Notes: generated by a model not told the origin, from the sequence alone. A DNA stretch of 64,000 nucleotides from Heterodontus francisci (GCF_036365525.1 NC_090401.1:31145036-31209035), one strand, 5' to 3'; counted from the first letter of the stretch, positions 49,469 through 64,000 are shown. Program-made: numbers and translations.

Positions 49469-52255
49469 AATATTGGCACTAATATATTACACATGGACAG
49501 AGGATAGAGCATCGGTGTCCAAACTTTTTGCATGAGGGGCCACATTACAATTTTTGTCCTACGTAGGGGTGAACAAATTTCGGAAAGTTAAAGGCATTAG
49601 AAACGTATCTTACAAGAATAATGTCGCTTGATATTGTATTCCTTGAAAACAGCTACCTTCTTGTCACATCAGACACAATATGGCCCTCGTTGTCCAAGAG
49701 TGTTTGAATGCTCAACATTCAGGATCAATTTTCCTTTCCTTGCTGTATTCATGAGCCGCCATCTTTCTTTCGATAAGTATTTTGGGTAAACACTGTTTGA
49801 GATAGATATCAGGGCTCCTGCTCTCGCTCCTGGTTGAAGGGGCTCCCGGTTAAATGGGCTCGGCTCTCTCTCTTGGTTAAATGGGCACTGCCAGCTTGTT
49901 GGGTTATCGCCTGGGGCCCTGGCAATTTCACTCTGCCAGACGGCAGGGGCGGGCAAAAAGGAGGTAGTGAGCGTCTTCAACCTTCCCTGGTGGCTAGAAA
50001 CTTCAACAGCCTGGCGCTGCTCCACTGCTCTCCCCAGCTCTCTTCAGACTTTAACATGTCCAGCAAAGCATTGCGTGTCTGCCATTATTAGTCCATCAGC
50101 CACTACTTAGGCACTGCAACTCCAATATTAGTTCAGATTGGCGAACCAAATAGAAACCTTTGGTGGGTCTGATAAAAGGAGGCGGCCTTCTGACAGCTGG
50201 GGGGTCCTCCTGATCGGTCAACCTGAGCCCGATGGAGGGCCACCCCTGAAGCCCCAACTACCCCCAACGCCCAACACGCACCACCCCCACCCTCCACCCC
50301 TTGTCGCCTATCCGACCTCCCTTGCCTCACCGGGGCCCGACTGATTGCCCCCGCAATCATCAGCTGGGTTGCAGTGCCAACAGTGGCCATCGCTCCCACT
50401 GATTGGCTGGCAGCTCCATTAGGCAGCACTTCCTGCCTCAATGAGGTGGAAGTCTTGCCCAAGACCAATTAAAGGCCTGGGGACCTGAAAGTCCGGTCTG
50501 GATCCCATGCCTGGTGGAGGCGGGATCACCACCAACTCTTGGGTTGGCGGACGGCTTCCCCATGCCCACCATAAAATTCCAGCCAGCACCTCAAGACAGT
50601 TCAACACTCCACTGGAGTGTCAGCTTTGAGTTTTGTGCTTGGAGTGGAACTTCAACCCACAACCTTCTGACTCAGAGGAGAGAATGTTACCAACCAAATG
50701 CAGCCGACACCTAATCCTAAATCCTAATATGACACAAGGTTGTAAGTTAGTAATTCTTTAAGATGAAAGCTGCTGGTACTGAGGAGCTGCCAGCCTGCTG
50801 ATTGGCGATTGGCCAGCAGCTCCTGGAGGCAGGACTTCCTGCCCCAGAAGGGTGGCAGACCAAGCCAATGCCAATTAAGGGCATGAGCCACCCAAAAATT
50901 GTTGTGTGGTTTCCAGACCCGGCGGAGCTGGTCTCACCCCTCCCCCCACCACCGGCCAGAATTTTACATTGGGCTGGAAGCCCCGCCCACTGGCCAAAAA
51001 GTCAGGGGTGAGCCTCCCTCTGCTGGACCTGGAAGCCAAGGGTACGAGATGGGAACAGCAGCACCCGCCCCCATTCCCCCACCTCTCACTCAATTTTATG
51101 TCCTCGCCCGACAGCCTGCTCCTGCGGGGTGGTGTAAAACGCCAGCCCCCAACAATTAGGCCAGATTTGAAATTAGTGGGTTAACACTTCTGTTGAAATT
51201 AGTGGAGAGGGGGATTTCATCCTCTAGTATCTCCAGTAATGGTCTCTGCGCCTTTCTTTGCTGAGTCGTCAACATCATAAATGTTGTTGTAGTTGCAGTA
51301 AACCTTGGGTGCGGCCTCATCGCTGTAATGGAATACAGTCGGGCCATCGCTCCCTGGTCCCAGAGAGGACAGCGCCAGCCATCGCCTTCAACATCGCGCA
51401 AGTCACGACCCAATTAACAAAAATACAAATGGAAATACACTGGTGTTTTATAATAAACTGGTGTGTACTTGCACTATCATTTTCATAACAATCACTTAAA
51501 AACATCACTAAAAATGCAATCTGCTGAACAACTATTGAATCACTATATCAAATTTATCTTAAATATTTATATCTAGCTTCAATTTTAAATATTAAATCTT
51601 ATCTTAAATATTAAATATACCTGTTGTATTTTGTAGTTGTCCAATGTCAAACTTGAACGTCAGCTGTTCTCTATTGGCAGCAGAAGCGGCTGTGCAGAAA
51701 ATATAGTAAACTGAAAGAAGTCCGCTGGGCCCTAATGCTCGTGGTGTGGATACTCAGTCATTGAGTATGTTTAAAGAAGAGATTGACAGATTTCTAAATA
51801 TCAATGACATAAGGGTATATGAGGATAGTGTGGGAAAAACACATTGAAGTGGATGATCAGCCAAGATCGTACTGAATGGCGGGGCAGGCTCAATGGGCTG
51901 AATGGCGGGGCACTCTACTTGGTATTTGTGTTGGAGGATCAGGGGAAACCATTTATTTTGGTATTGCACAACACTTCTGACTACTATTTACAGTGGCAGA
52001 CTCTCATATAAATAGGGAACTTGTTGCTTATGTATGCATGACTCAGGCGTGAAAGTTACAACTTCACTGAAGGTCCCTGGACACAATTTCAGAAAGTGGC
52101 AAGAGAAAGTGAGAAAAAAAGTCAGAGTTAAAAAGAAATTCAAAACCAAGGCCTGAATTTAACCTGGACGACAGGGGTCCCGGTGACAGGCTGGAAGGGG
52201 ACAACCCCACCTTGGCCCTGTTTTGAACCCCCATCCAAATTCCACAACGGGCGTG

Positions 52256-53110
52256 AATTGTGTTTGATCGGAGGTAAATGATCTGCATTATACAAAGAAA
52301 TCACAAAAGATAGAAACTTATATGACCCAAAGAAAATACATACAGGAAAATCACCAGAAAAATACAAGAAGAAAGAAGCACAAAATATAAAGTGTGACAA
52401 AATCCTTGCGATTCTTTAGCACTCTTGAGACTGAGTTTTATGGGCTCCCTCTGGATGGGAACGTAGGCGGTGGAGTGCCCGTCGCCTTCCTGACCCCTTG
52501 GCATTTAGTCCAGGCAGCCATTTAACTGCCTGTAGTCAGGGTCCCTTTAAAGACCCTTTAAGGATGGTGATCTCTTCCACAAGAGCTGCTGGTTAATCAG
52601 AGGGCTGACAGCTCAGTAGTAATGGCAATGCCACTGGAAACAGTGGCCACTGCTGTTACTACAGGAAGACCAGGACCAGGACCAGCGCTGGAGCCCCGGA
52701 CCACAGGTGAGTGTGGTGGGCTCGCCAGGACAGCAGGAAGAGGCCCTTAAGTTAATTGGCCACTTCAAGGCATCAATTGGCCCCTGGGCGGGAAGGCTCT
52801 CCTTGGCCTTCCTCGCCCTTGGACTAAAGTCCAAGGTGTTGGGAAGGCGACGGGTACTCCACTCCCCGCCTACCCATGCAATTTTATTGACCCCCTCCCA
52901 TCTCCATTCCCATCCCGAGGGGGCCCATAAAACTCAGCCCCATGAGTGCTAAAGAATAGCAAAGATCTTGTCACTCCTTATATTCTGTGCTTTCTTTTTC
53001 TTATATTTTTCGGAGATTTTCCTGTATGCATTTACTTTGCATCACATAAGTTTCTATCTTTTTTGATTCCTTTGTATAATGCGGATCATTTACCTTGGAT
53101 CAAATAAATT
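52256..53110. repeat. Foldback with central MITE, copy 2
   Basis: Duplicate of 18103-18957. Confidence 0.85.
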
Positions 53111-54242
53111 GCTGCACTTTTCTTGATTCCTTCCCACCAGTGTGGGTACCCAGGATGGTACCGTGGTCTAAGCAGTATCTTCCAAAAGTTTAGCATTACT
53201 TTACTTTGTTCCTCTCTGCCCCTGTACATAAAACATGAAATAAATGTTTCTGGCCCCTCTCCCACCCCCAATAACCATACAATTCATTCCTTGCCCTCTC
53301 CCCCTACAGAATACTTACCTGGCGTACCTGATCTTCCCCCTCCACTTTTCATAAACTGTGAACTTTACCCCTTCCCAGAAGCCCCTACACCAATTAGAGA
53401 AGTGTGACCCTTTTCCACCAACTCCCCCCGCACTGAAACCCTTACCTGCTCCCCCACTCCCCACCAGTGTTACACCTCGTATCCCCAGATGGGGATCTGA
53501 AGGTGCTGGAGTGCCAGCCACTGGCAGCAATATTGCTACAGAGCAGGGACGGCAGGAGCAGGTAAGTAATTAAATTGTTGATTACAAAAATTTAAATATT
53601 GAAATTTTGAACCCTTGCCAAGCGGTGGGGGGCCACCACAAGACCTCGCCACTGCTGGCAATATGAGGCCAGACCTTCCCGACGTCGAGGCCCCTGGCGG
53701 GCTTCTCCCGGAGGCAATTTCCAGTATCCCCCGCCATGACCCCCGATATCGATGGTGCTGTAAAATTCAGCCCAAAGAGTGGGCAGCAGGTGCTTATATA
53801 AATCATCTCATCACATCTTTACCTACTCCGTTATGATGACAAATGTCCTTGGGGGAAGAATACAAACCATGTCCTATGTCATTGAGTTATATCCCTCAAC
53901 AAAACTATCTGGTGGCATTTGCACTTTGCCTGCTCGTGATGCTCTCAAATGTCTCGTTATATGACAAGTCTGTGTAGGCCAAATAAAAACTAAGAGAAAG
54001 AGAAACAGACCGGGGAAAGAGTAAGAAATACAGCGGGAAAGAAAAAAGTCCAATGGGTCTGGAAAAATGAGAGAGATGCAAAGATCAGGTGGCAGAGGAC
54101 TTCTGGGCAATACCGCAGGAGATCCACTAGTTACAAAGTACTGAAACTTTCCGGTGAACCCAGACCTGCGGGGATCCTAGAAAATATACAGAAAAAACAA
54201 ACTACCGGATAGTTGGCAACTTGTGTATTTACACTATTTACT

Positions 54243-54381
54243 AAATTTAAAGTGACGCTGTCAACCTGGAACGGGGAAGTGAAACTGATCTTCAGTGTAA
54301 AATCTGATCCCTTCAAGCTGTTAGTGATGCAATCCGATTTCTGAAGAAACGAAACTGAATCCATGTAGTTTCAATGTCCTG
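54243..54381 (-). promoter_or_regulatory. Probable interferon-inducible promoter of gene B, copy 2
   Basis: GGAAGTGAAACT 54275-54286, GAAACGAAACT 54346-54356. Confidence 0.72.
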
Positions 54382-57176
54382 TTCAAACAGTGGAGATCAC
54401 ACAATGAAGTAAAGTTCATTTTTACCGCCATGTTTACTCTCTAAATTTGCTCTGTGGTTGCAGTGTTTAAGGAGCTGGCCTGATTCCAGCTTGTTGAAAA
54501 CAACAATTCCTGATTTAACACTTCAACGATTTCTTCCCTTTGCTGGAGAGTGAGCTGCAGAGGAGAGAAAAAGAAACAAGAAAGGGGAACAAAACAAGAA
54601 AGATAGAAAAGAAAAGGAGATAAACAGTCATCTTCACACTGCACCGAATGCTGTAGTACAGAGTCCATTTTCATGCCATGCAATATTGATATCATTGATA
54701 GACACTAATGGTGTGACTGTTAATGATTCAATAGTTCAGATAGTTAGCTCTTATCAACCATTCAATTGTTACTGGTAATAGGGCAAAGCACTAGTCTATT
54801 TCCAGCTTTAAAATGGAGGGAGAGAATTTCCACAGGGCTGGATGACCTCCCCCCCACCCTCTCGATGGTCCCCACCCGCCACCCCCCCCCCAACCCCCCC
54901 CCCCCGCCATACTTGGGCCCAGCCAATTGACCCAGCGAGGCCCCACACACTTACCTTTTCTGATTAAGAACTGATTAAGATCATCCAAAGCTCTTCTGCT
55001 GAGGTCCTAACTCACACCAAGTTCCGTTTGCTCATCATCCCCATGCTCACTGACCTAAATTGGTTCCTGGTTAAGCAACGCCTCGATTTTAAAATTCTCA
55101 TCCTTATTATCAAAAGCCTCCATGACCTTGCCCCTCCCTAGCTTTGTAATCATCTCCAGCTCTAAAATCCTCTGAGACATCTCTGCTCCTCCAATTCTGG
55201 CTTTTTGTGCATTCCTGATTTTAATCACCCCCACCACTCGTGGCCGTGCCTTCAGCTGCCTAGGCCTTAAACTCTGGAATTCGTTCCCTATATCTCTCTG
55301 ACTCTTTATCGCTCTTTCTTCCTTCAAACCTACTTGTTCGACCAAGCTTTTAGTCATCTGCCCTAATATCTCTTTATGTGGCTCAGTGATGTCAAATTTT
55401 ATTTGATGACACTTCTGTGAAATCCCTTGGGAGGTTTTATTTTGTTGAGGGAGATATATAAATACAACTTGCTGTTGATGAGTTGCATATTTTGGACTTT
55501 ATTTGTTCCTGGTTTAACTTCAAAGGACTTTTCCAAATCTTCTGACACAGAGTTGCAGGAGGCTTCAGGGACAGTGGGGTCACAATTCCCATATAAAGTT
55601 ATTGCCAAAGCATTATTTTTAGCACAGGATTGTTCCTGTTACTTTCTGCAATTGAAGAATAATAAATATTTTCTGATAGCTTAGTTTAGTTTAGTTTAGT
55701 TTAGAGATACAGGACTAAAACAGGCCATTCGGCCCACCGAGTCTGTGCCGACCATCTGCCACCCAATAGTGCCCTATGGATCAAATAAAAGCAAAATACT
55801 GCGGATGCTGGAAATCTGAAATAAAAACAGAAAGTGCATCTGTGGAGAGAGAAGCAGAGGTAATGTTTCAAGTCTGTGACCTTTCTTCAGAACTCAAGAG
55901 CCCTATGGATCTCCACTACTAACAATCCCTTACCAGAGCTTTTCCTATTTATTATCATTTTCTGCTTCCTGTTGTTTAGCCAGATTTCAGTCCAACTTTC
56001 AATGCCTATTTAGCATTTATTCTATGAAGCTTAATCTTACAATGTGAACTTTATCAAGTCCCTCTGAAAATTCAAGCAGATTATATGGTTGATTCCATGA
56101 TTGGCAACTCCTGGTGAGAAGCAGCACGGGTCAGAAAATCGTGGGTCTGCAGCCCCTGATTTTCCATCCATTTAAATATTTAAATTAATATACCAGGGTC
56201 TGTAAGCCTGTGATTTCCCGAACAGCATGCCCTATAAGTGCCAATTCTTGCCAGGAGAGCTCAATTGGAGAATCAGTCCTGATATCCATGGGACTGACAT
56301 CCCAACAACTCAGTTACTTCCTTCAAAAAGTTAGAATAGGTTTGTGAGGCTCAACCTCATGTTACAAAATCCAAAATACCTGTGGTTTTTGGCCTCCAGG
56401 CTTTTCAGATGTTGATAGCATGCTATGCAATGCTTCTGGACACAAAACGTGATGAAACATACTGTGTTAAAACATTATGCTGCATTACTTGTGTGTGACA
56501 AAGTGGCACCGTTTTTCTTCTTTCCCAAAAGTTTGCCAAACATTTTTCATGAACTTGTTGCCACTTTAAAATGCAGCTGCTAATTCATGAGTCTGGATGT
56601 GCACCAAAAGTGATTGTTAGGAACAAAGAAATAACGTGAGCAATATAGTAAATGTTATCAGGTTTGTGCACAACCAGAAAAGGACAGGAGGAAGATCTTC
56701 CTCAGCTTGGTCCCAACATCAGAAGAACCCCCAGTGACAACACCCTCCCCCGCCGCCCACCCCCAAGGAACCAGTGTTAAAAGTTTGATTCTTACTCCAC
56801 CCTCACAGTTGAAGTTGATAATTTGGTAGCATATCCTTTTCAAATTAGCGTCAAATAGGTGCTATAAATTCTGCCCACTCAGCCTGTTTAAACCCATTTC
56901 ACACAAAGACTTCAGAACCAGCAGAGGAGTCTTTCATCCCTTCAGTTTAGGCCGCATCTAGATCCACAGCACAGAGATGAAATGTGGGTGTTCTGTTCAA
57001 AGGTATCGCTGAGTTGTTGCCCCATTTTTGCTTCCTGCTGATTTGGGAGGTTCGATCCTGAATATTGATATATTTTACTCATCTATATGGATGAATATTA
57101 ACTCTAATTAGTAAAATAATAACCAGGGAGCCCGCAGTTAATATTTTAAAGTAATAAGTTGATTTCATGGTACAAT

Positions 57177-57781
57177 GGGCTGAATTGTATTTGGGCAGCA
57201 CCAGCACCATTTTTAAAGGGCCTTAAGCCCTTCCAAATAATTATAATTTTTAAAGGGAAAATATAATTGATTTTTATTAAATATAAAAATAAGTGATGGA
57301 GGCCTTTCCCCAACCCCCCACAATGGGGGGTTTCATTGCCTGAAATGACAATCAATTGATTTTGTCAAATACCCAACGTTTCCCCCCCAACCTTCAATCT
57401 TTTGCCCTTCAACTGGATCCCACCATCCTCACGTCCAATAAAAATTGATTTCCCCACTCCTCCACACCTCTTGCCTTGAAAATGTTATTCCTCCCTCCTC
57501 CCCACCAGGTTCTCACCTCGGAACTCCGCGCGAAGGCCTAACGGAGGCTGTAAAATCAGCGTGGGACGGCAGGTAAGTTATTTTGCATACATTTATCTGC
57601 ATATGAAGATTCAGGGCCCGCTGCCAGGCAGTGGGGGGAGCCACACCGCGGTTCACCCGTTGCTGGTAATATGCAGCGGGCCCTTCTCAACATTGCAGGT
57701 CAAGGCGGGCCTCTCCCCACAGAATTTTACGGGTCCCCGCGCCGCGACCCACAGCATCGAGGGGCCAGAAAAATTCAGCCC
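57177..57781. mobile_element. Harbinger-type MITE with AAT TSD, copy 2
   Basis: AAT|GGGCTGAATT...AATTCAGCCC|AAT. Confidence 0.85.
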
Positions 57782-59733
57782 AATGTGTCTTTCTCCATGA
57801 ACTGTAATTAGGAGTATGGTATTAAACTAACAATTATAGGACTATTCATAGGAATTGTTTCAATTGTAAGGCACAATTCCAAGTATTTCCCATTTCCCAA
57901 CCCATTGCACATTGAATCATTAATAATGGTAATTTCCTGTGTAAATAAAGACCTTGCATTTATATATCTTTCATGTCTTCAGTATGTCCTAAAACACTTC
58001 TCAGCCAATTAATTACTATTTTGAAGCAGAGTCACAGTTCTGCTGGCAAATGACAACAAATTAATGCACAGCAAGATCACAAAAACAGCAGTGAGATAAA
58101 TGACCAGCTATTTTGTTTCAATGTTGTTGGTTTAGGAATGTGTTGACCAGGACACCAGGAGAACTCCCCTGCTATTTTTCAAATAGTGCCATCATTTTCT
58201 TACACCTGAATAACAAGATGAGACCTCGGTTAAAATGTCTCATCCAAGAGGGAAGCACCTCCGCCACCATGCAGAAATTTCAGCCTAAATTAGGCTCTCA
58301 AGTGCTGTAGGGGGTCGGTGGGGGGGGGGGGGGGGGGGGCGTGGGGGGGGGTGGTGCTTTCACCTACAGCTGTCTGACTTGGGCATGAGAGGGGCTACCA
58401 GTTAACCAAGGGGGATGGTTTGCCATCACCAGTGCATAGGAAACACTTTCCTCCCGCATATGTTTGAGTCTGGTGGTTTTGTCTCTTCAGTCTGTTCTGG
58501 ATTCAAAGTTGGGTCATTATTGCTCAGTGACATTACTCTGAGCCAATTCACCACCTAGTGAATCTCCCAAATTAGCAGCTGTTAGTGTTTGTAATGGGTT
58601 GACAGCCAGTACAGAATTACTGAAAAAGTGCAAGTGTCTTTCATAAGGTGCTGAACATTAAAGTGCACAGATTAAGTGATAATTTAAATATACAGTAACC
58701 CAATATAAATGCAGAACTTTAGAGACAAATACTCTAACTTTTCAGAACCCATAATATTAAATTGTAAGTCAAGAAGAATAGTCACTCTCCAAGACAGATG
58801 AAATAACAGCAGCTTGCATTTGTACAGTGCCTTCAATGTTGAAAAATATTCCAAGGAGCTTTACTGAGATATAATCACAGCCAAAGAAGGAAAGATTAAG
58901 AGCAGACCAAAAGCTTGGTCAAAGAGTTGGGTTTTAAGGGAAAAGAAAACACCAAAACAAATGTTATTTAAGGTGTAATTTAATCAAGGTTTGTTACATA
59001 AAAGTATTAAGATTTGGTTATTGTGATTTAAAGTATGACATCTTCTCAGATATTCATTTGTAGATGCAATGTGTACTTTTATCACCTCAAATCATTCTGA
59101 CATAAGATATTGCAGATGCAGGGTTTCCCAAGACCCACATGTCAGCCATGAGACTTGTAGTTTTTGAGCAGTGTACTGTATTTATGAAGTAGCCCCACTC
59201 CTGACAAAAATCTCATGCGATACAGTTGAGAACCTTGCAACTCCAGTTATATTTCCATGCTTTATGCCAAAGTTACAGGGGAGAGGGGTTTTATGGCAAA
59301 ACAACAGCAACTTGCATTTATAGAACACTTTTAATGTAACAAATGTTCCCGTGTGCTTTTACAAGAGCATTATCAGACACCATTTGACACAACCACATAA
59401 AAGGACAGCTTGGGGATCAAGGAGGTACATTTTAAGGAGCACTTTACAAATGGGATATATACTTCAGCCCAACCCCCAGCAGATAAGATTCATTCTTGGA
59501 GTGGACCACAATAAGTATTGGTGTTACGACCAGGTGAGAAAGAGAAACTGGAGATTGCTGTCAATCTCCCCATGAGCTTCAAGTATTTTCTGCATTTGCA
59601 CTGTTAAAAACTAATTAAAGTCAGCACTAAAAGTTAGGGTTAGTACTTAACTATGCAAGGACCCTTTTAATGATTTATGTTCCTGCAATACCACTTAACC
59701 TCTCCAGCCCAGAAAGGGAACAGTTGAAGCTAT

Positions 59734-60568
59734 TGTAACAACTCGGTGAGAAAGGTGACGAGGGGTCCCTCTCAGTCTTCACCTGGTCTTACTGTAACAG
59801 GGTTTAATTTTAAACACACAGTGTTTGAGCTACCCCTTGGTGAATCCTTGTTCACCCCTTTCCAATTATAAGGCAAAGAAACCAGCGCAAACAGGCTTTC
59901 TTAGGTTTAAAGAAAAAAAGGTGAAATTTTATTAAACTTGGAGGTTTTAAAACACAAACACTAATTCGGTTAACGCCTATGAATACACGACGTGCCCACG
60001 CTAGCATGCATACATGCAAATAGAGACAGAGAAGAGCAGAAGAAAAATAAAATGGATAGGTTTGAGGCAATATCTGAAGAGTTGTTGTTATAGTTCTTCC
60101 AGCTCACTGTCGAGTCCTTGATTATAGGTAGATCTTGCTTTTCGTTGGGCTCCAGTATTCTTCTTAAACCTAGTTCACTGTAGGTGACCTTTCTCTCTTG
60201 GGGTTCATGTGTCTTCAGTGGGTTTTGGAGTTCCGCGAGAAAGAGATGGGAGCAGACAGGCAGGAGAGGAGGTCTGCTTCAGTCCAGGAGCATTCTGCTT
60301 TTGCCAGTTCAAACACTGCAACAGCCAGTTAGTTATGTGACTAACTGGCCTGGCCATGTCAGTTTGTGGATTGAATTGAAGCAGGGAATAGCTCCTTTGT
60401 CTACGAGCACTGTCTGTTAATCTGTAAATGTATCTTTCCAGCCAGGGGCCTGGCAACCCCTTGTCACAGGTCTTCTCTTTTTCTCAGCAACAATTTGAAA
60501 TTTAATGTCCATGTGGCAAAAATAATAAGCCACATTGTTGCCAGTTTGGGGGGGGTGGCTGCATGACA
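59734..60568. mobile_element. Solo LTR-like element, copy 2
   Basis: Duplicate of 25556-26401 with a shorter poly-G. Confidence 0.7.
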
Positions 60569-60945
60569 ATTGGTATTAAATTCAATGGTGCACTTACAGG
60601 ATCCACAGAACACTTGCCATTTCTATGAAATGTAGTCACAGAACTGAATGCCTCCATTCACCCTGTGGTCAGTTATAGAATGACAAAATCTGGGGCTGAA
60701 ACAGTGTAGAATGTTTCACCCAAAACCAATTAAGAAGATTGCTAACAGGGCATCTGGGTATTAGCAAAAGGATAGAACCACCTATACTAAAATTAAAAGT
60801 ATTTTCAATTACTGGATTTATTTTGAAACCCCAACCTAGAGAATATTCAACAGGTACTAACAGAATGCTACTTCATCTCCGGCCCAAGTAAATCCTCAGG
60901 AGCTGCCTAACTGCGGAGAATCTACTTTAAAGCAGCATGCTGAAT

Positions 60946-63266
60946 TTAGGGCTCATCTTCAGAACTCTGAATAAGCTCTTTAGCAGCACAGCCAGTGGCA
61001 GCACCAGCACTTCCTACTATAGCAGCACCAGCAGTAGAGAGTCCAGCAGCTCCTTCATGAAGAAAAGAAAATATATTAATCCTTACAAATATGTAGCAAT
61101 ATTTAGAACACATTCGTTAAACTTTATAAAACTGCCTCCATTCCCACTCTGAGAATCTGTTTATCCTGTGCTATGAACCATTCTTCAAAAAAAATAAAAT
61201 GCACAGCCAAGAAACTATTCAGGCCTTTGATCTTATTTATTTTATTTATTGATTTAGAGATACAGCACTGAAACAGGCCATTCGGCCCACCGAGTCTGTG
61301 CCGACCAACAACCACCCATTTATACTAACCCTACAGTAATTCCATATTCCCTACCACCTACCTACACTAGGGGCAATTTACAATGGCCAATTTACCCATC
61401 AACCTGCAAGTCTTTGGATGTAGGAGGAAACACCCAGCAAAAACCCACGCGGTCACAGGGAGAACTTGCAAACTCCACACAGGCAGTACCCAGAATCGAA
61501 CCCGGGTCCCTGGAGCTGCAGTGCAAACCACTGCGCCACTGTGCTGCCCTTGCTAATATAAAGGCTGCTGAGTAAGTCTTCTCTCCTGAATGGCCATCCA
61601 GTTTTTCCCTAATTTGTGCATTAAAAAGTTATTTCAAAATACAAACTACAGAATAGAGCTTTTTGTAGTGACTTTGCTGATCAGTTTCACTCTATATTAA
61701 ACAAACATAGCAGCACCAGAGTTTTATTATGACACTCGTTCACCAATATTAGCCATTTAAGCAATCACTATCTCACCCACAGCCAAGACTGATAACTTCC
61801 TGTCTGAGAAACCACAGAGCCCTGCCCCCACACAAACTTCACCACTTTCTATGTTTATACATGGAAGGATGACTTAAAGGTGTTGGACAAGTGATTACAT
61901 TAAGATCAATCTTCATAACTTTTCCTCAATTTGATTTAAAAGAAAACATGGAATCTTACCAATAGACTGGAGGGTTGCGACAACACCACCAGCTGCTACA
62001 CCCCCTCCATTAGCGACTGCAGCCACAGACATCATTTTTGCTCCCAAGGATCCAGCTGCTATTCCAGCACCAGTGAAGCCAGCTGCACCAACAACAACTG
62101 GGGCAGCAACTACTGCAGCAGCTGCAAAAATAGAATAAAGTCAGTTGATAAGGGAACTAAAAATTTGCTTGGTGATACAGCACCCCGTTTAGGCTCTTGG
62201 CTGTAGAGATCACAGCTCCAACAAATCCAAAAATGGCATGGGAAGAAATGGAGCAAAGGGGTTTGCCATGACCCTGGCAGCCTTTCAAAAAGAAAGGAGC
62301 ATGACCTTCAGTTAGCAAGAGTATAAATTACACCATGATGTCTTTGTTTTAAAAGAGCACATCATCATGTCACATGTTTGCATTTTAAAGTTGCAAATTT
62401 GAAAAAGAAAGGTGACTTTGCAATGAAATACTCAACCCTGATACTCAGAATGGACCATAAAAAACGTACAGCACAGGAGGCCATTCAGGCCATCATGCCT
62501 GTGCTGCCTCTTTGAAAGAAAAGTCATGCTTAGTTCCACACCTCCACTTATTGTCCATAACCTGCAAGTTCCTCATCCTCAACTATCTGTCCATCTCCCT
62601 TTTAAAACTATTTATGGAATTAGCTTCCACCACCTTTTCAGACAGAGCATTCCAGATTCCCACAACTCAGTGAAAAAAAAAATCTCTCCTCATCTTCCCA
62701 CTAGATCTTTGGCCAATGATTTGAAATCAATGACATCTGGTTATTAACCCAATATTTTTTTCTACTTTATTTGCTTCTTTAACCACCTTATTAACTTGCC
62801 CTGCCACCTTTATGAATTTGTGTATATGAACAACAAAGTCTCTCTGTTCATCTACACTCACTCAATCTAGGCTGGCAATTTAGTGCAGTGCTAAAGGACG
62901 GATGAATTGTCAGAGATGCCATTTTTCCAAGGAGATGTAAAACCAAGCTGCCATCTGCTTATTCAGGTGGATGCAGCAAAAGATGCCATGGCACTTTTTG
63001 AAGAATAGCAGGAGTTCTTCTGGTGTTCTGGGCAACATTCCTCAATCAGTAAATACCACTGAAAATAGATCATCTAGTTATTTTTTCCATTTGCTGTTTG
63101 TTGGACCATCCTGTGCGCAAATTGGTTGCCACATTTCCTGACAGAGCAGCAGTGACTGCACATAATCAAGCAATTGTGAAGCAATATCGGGACATCCTGA
63201 GAAGGTGTATATCAATGCAATTTCTTTTACCTGCTCCTCCTGCAACCCAGGCAACTGTCGACCAAT
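60946..63266 (-). CDS. ISG12 family IFI6/IFI27-like protein (gene A, copy 2), partial; exons 63266-63231, 62121-61960, 61052-60946; first two exons expected beyond the window
   Basis: The three 3' exons match copy 1, with intact splice sites and stop codon. Confidence 0.85.
61233..61549 (-). mobile_element. HE1/V-SINE, copy 2
   Basis: Duplicate of 27068-27384. Confidence 0.85.
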
Positions 63267-64000
63267 CTATAAATACATGGGCAAAACAGAAATATTAGAC
63301 AAGTATTCAACGGTGAGACAAGCCACTCATTTGATAACTTTCTTGACTGCTAAGTCAGTAATGTAGGAAAGCAGTCAAGTTACAACCAGCATTTTATTAG
63401 TTTGCAGACTACTTGTGTAATTGTTTCCTCTCAGCATGAGCACTAATAATGTCAGGGGCACATTCATATACAATCCTACAGATCCCAAGCTCAAGGGTCC
63501 CTGCTAAATATGGGGGTCCCTCCAGGGTTAGCAAACTATGTCCAATAAGCATCTCCCTGTCCACAATCCCATTGGACAAGAAATCTCCTGGCCACGCCCA
63601 TGAGTCTCAGTGCTGGAGAGCTGCAGTCCAGTTTTCTCCTTTCAGGTAGGTTTTAATGAATGGGGATGAGGGGGGAGGGAGTTGTTCAGGGTTGCTGAAG
63701 GACCCTAAAGAGCCCTAAGAATTCTTAATTGGTCTCTGATTAAGCTATTTTTATATTACTTACTTCTAGGCTATTGGCACCAGTTCTCAGGCAGCTGAAG
63801 GCAACAGTGTAGCCTTGCCGGAGTTGCAAAGGCTGGTGATTGGGAGGACCTGGTTTTAAGAAAAATGCCTGCACTGGGTCATTTTCTATCAAGTTCGTGG
63901 ATGCAAAAATAACTGGGAGTGTCCATCTGACACTTTCCCAATGCAGTGAACAATACTGGTTTAGAAGGAAAAAAGTGGTTAAGTGTTGCATTCCCCCAGC

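Larger units (their letters stand above)
34188..64000 (+). repeat. Tandem segmental duplication unit, copy 2 (truncated by window end; matches ~1-29835)
   Basis: Colinear and near-identical to copy 1, with scattered SNPs, a net 14-bp deletion near 45204, a ~20-bp deletion near 49016 and poly-G length changes. Confidence 0.97.

Noticed and set aside
1-64000. CRISPR arrays, rRNA or prokaryotic defence operons
   Set aside because: The sequence is vertebrate-like, with spliced genes and LINE/SINE content. No repeat-spacer array or rRNA similarity seen.

Overview
Eukaryotic, repeat-rich DNA, most likely from a cartilaginous fish (inferred from HE1/V-SINE, Deu-domain SINE, CR1, L2 and Penelope repeats typical of sharks). 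The window holds about 1.87 copies of a near-identical ~34.2 kb direct tandem unit: position 1 recurs at 34188, and the offset drifts between about 34187 and 34152 through small indels. Each unit carries two spliced minus-strand ISG12 (IFI27/IFI6 family) interferon-stimulated genes. Gene B is a 94-aa IFI27L2-like protein with 3 coding exons. Gene A is a 127-aa protein with 5 coding exons, a signal-peptide-like N-terminus and an acidic tail, an IFI6-like architecture. Each unit also has three mutually homologous promoter modules (IRF/ISRE sites, with or without a GAS site and TATA box). One of them is inverted, has no visible ISG12 gene of its own and points into the Myb/SANT gene of a decayed Harbinger transposon. 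The rest is nested CR1/L2 LINE fragments, SINEs, solo LTRs and Harbinger-type MITEs, including a large foldback. Gene models were built by hand from splice signals and have no transcript support. Repeat boundaries are approximate.
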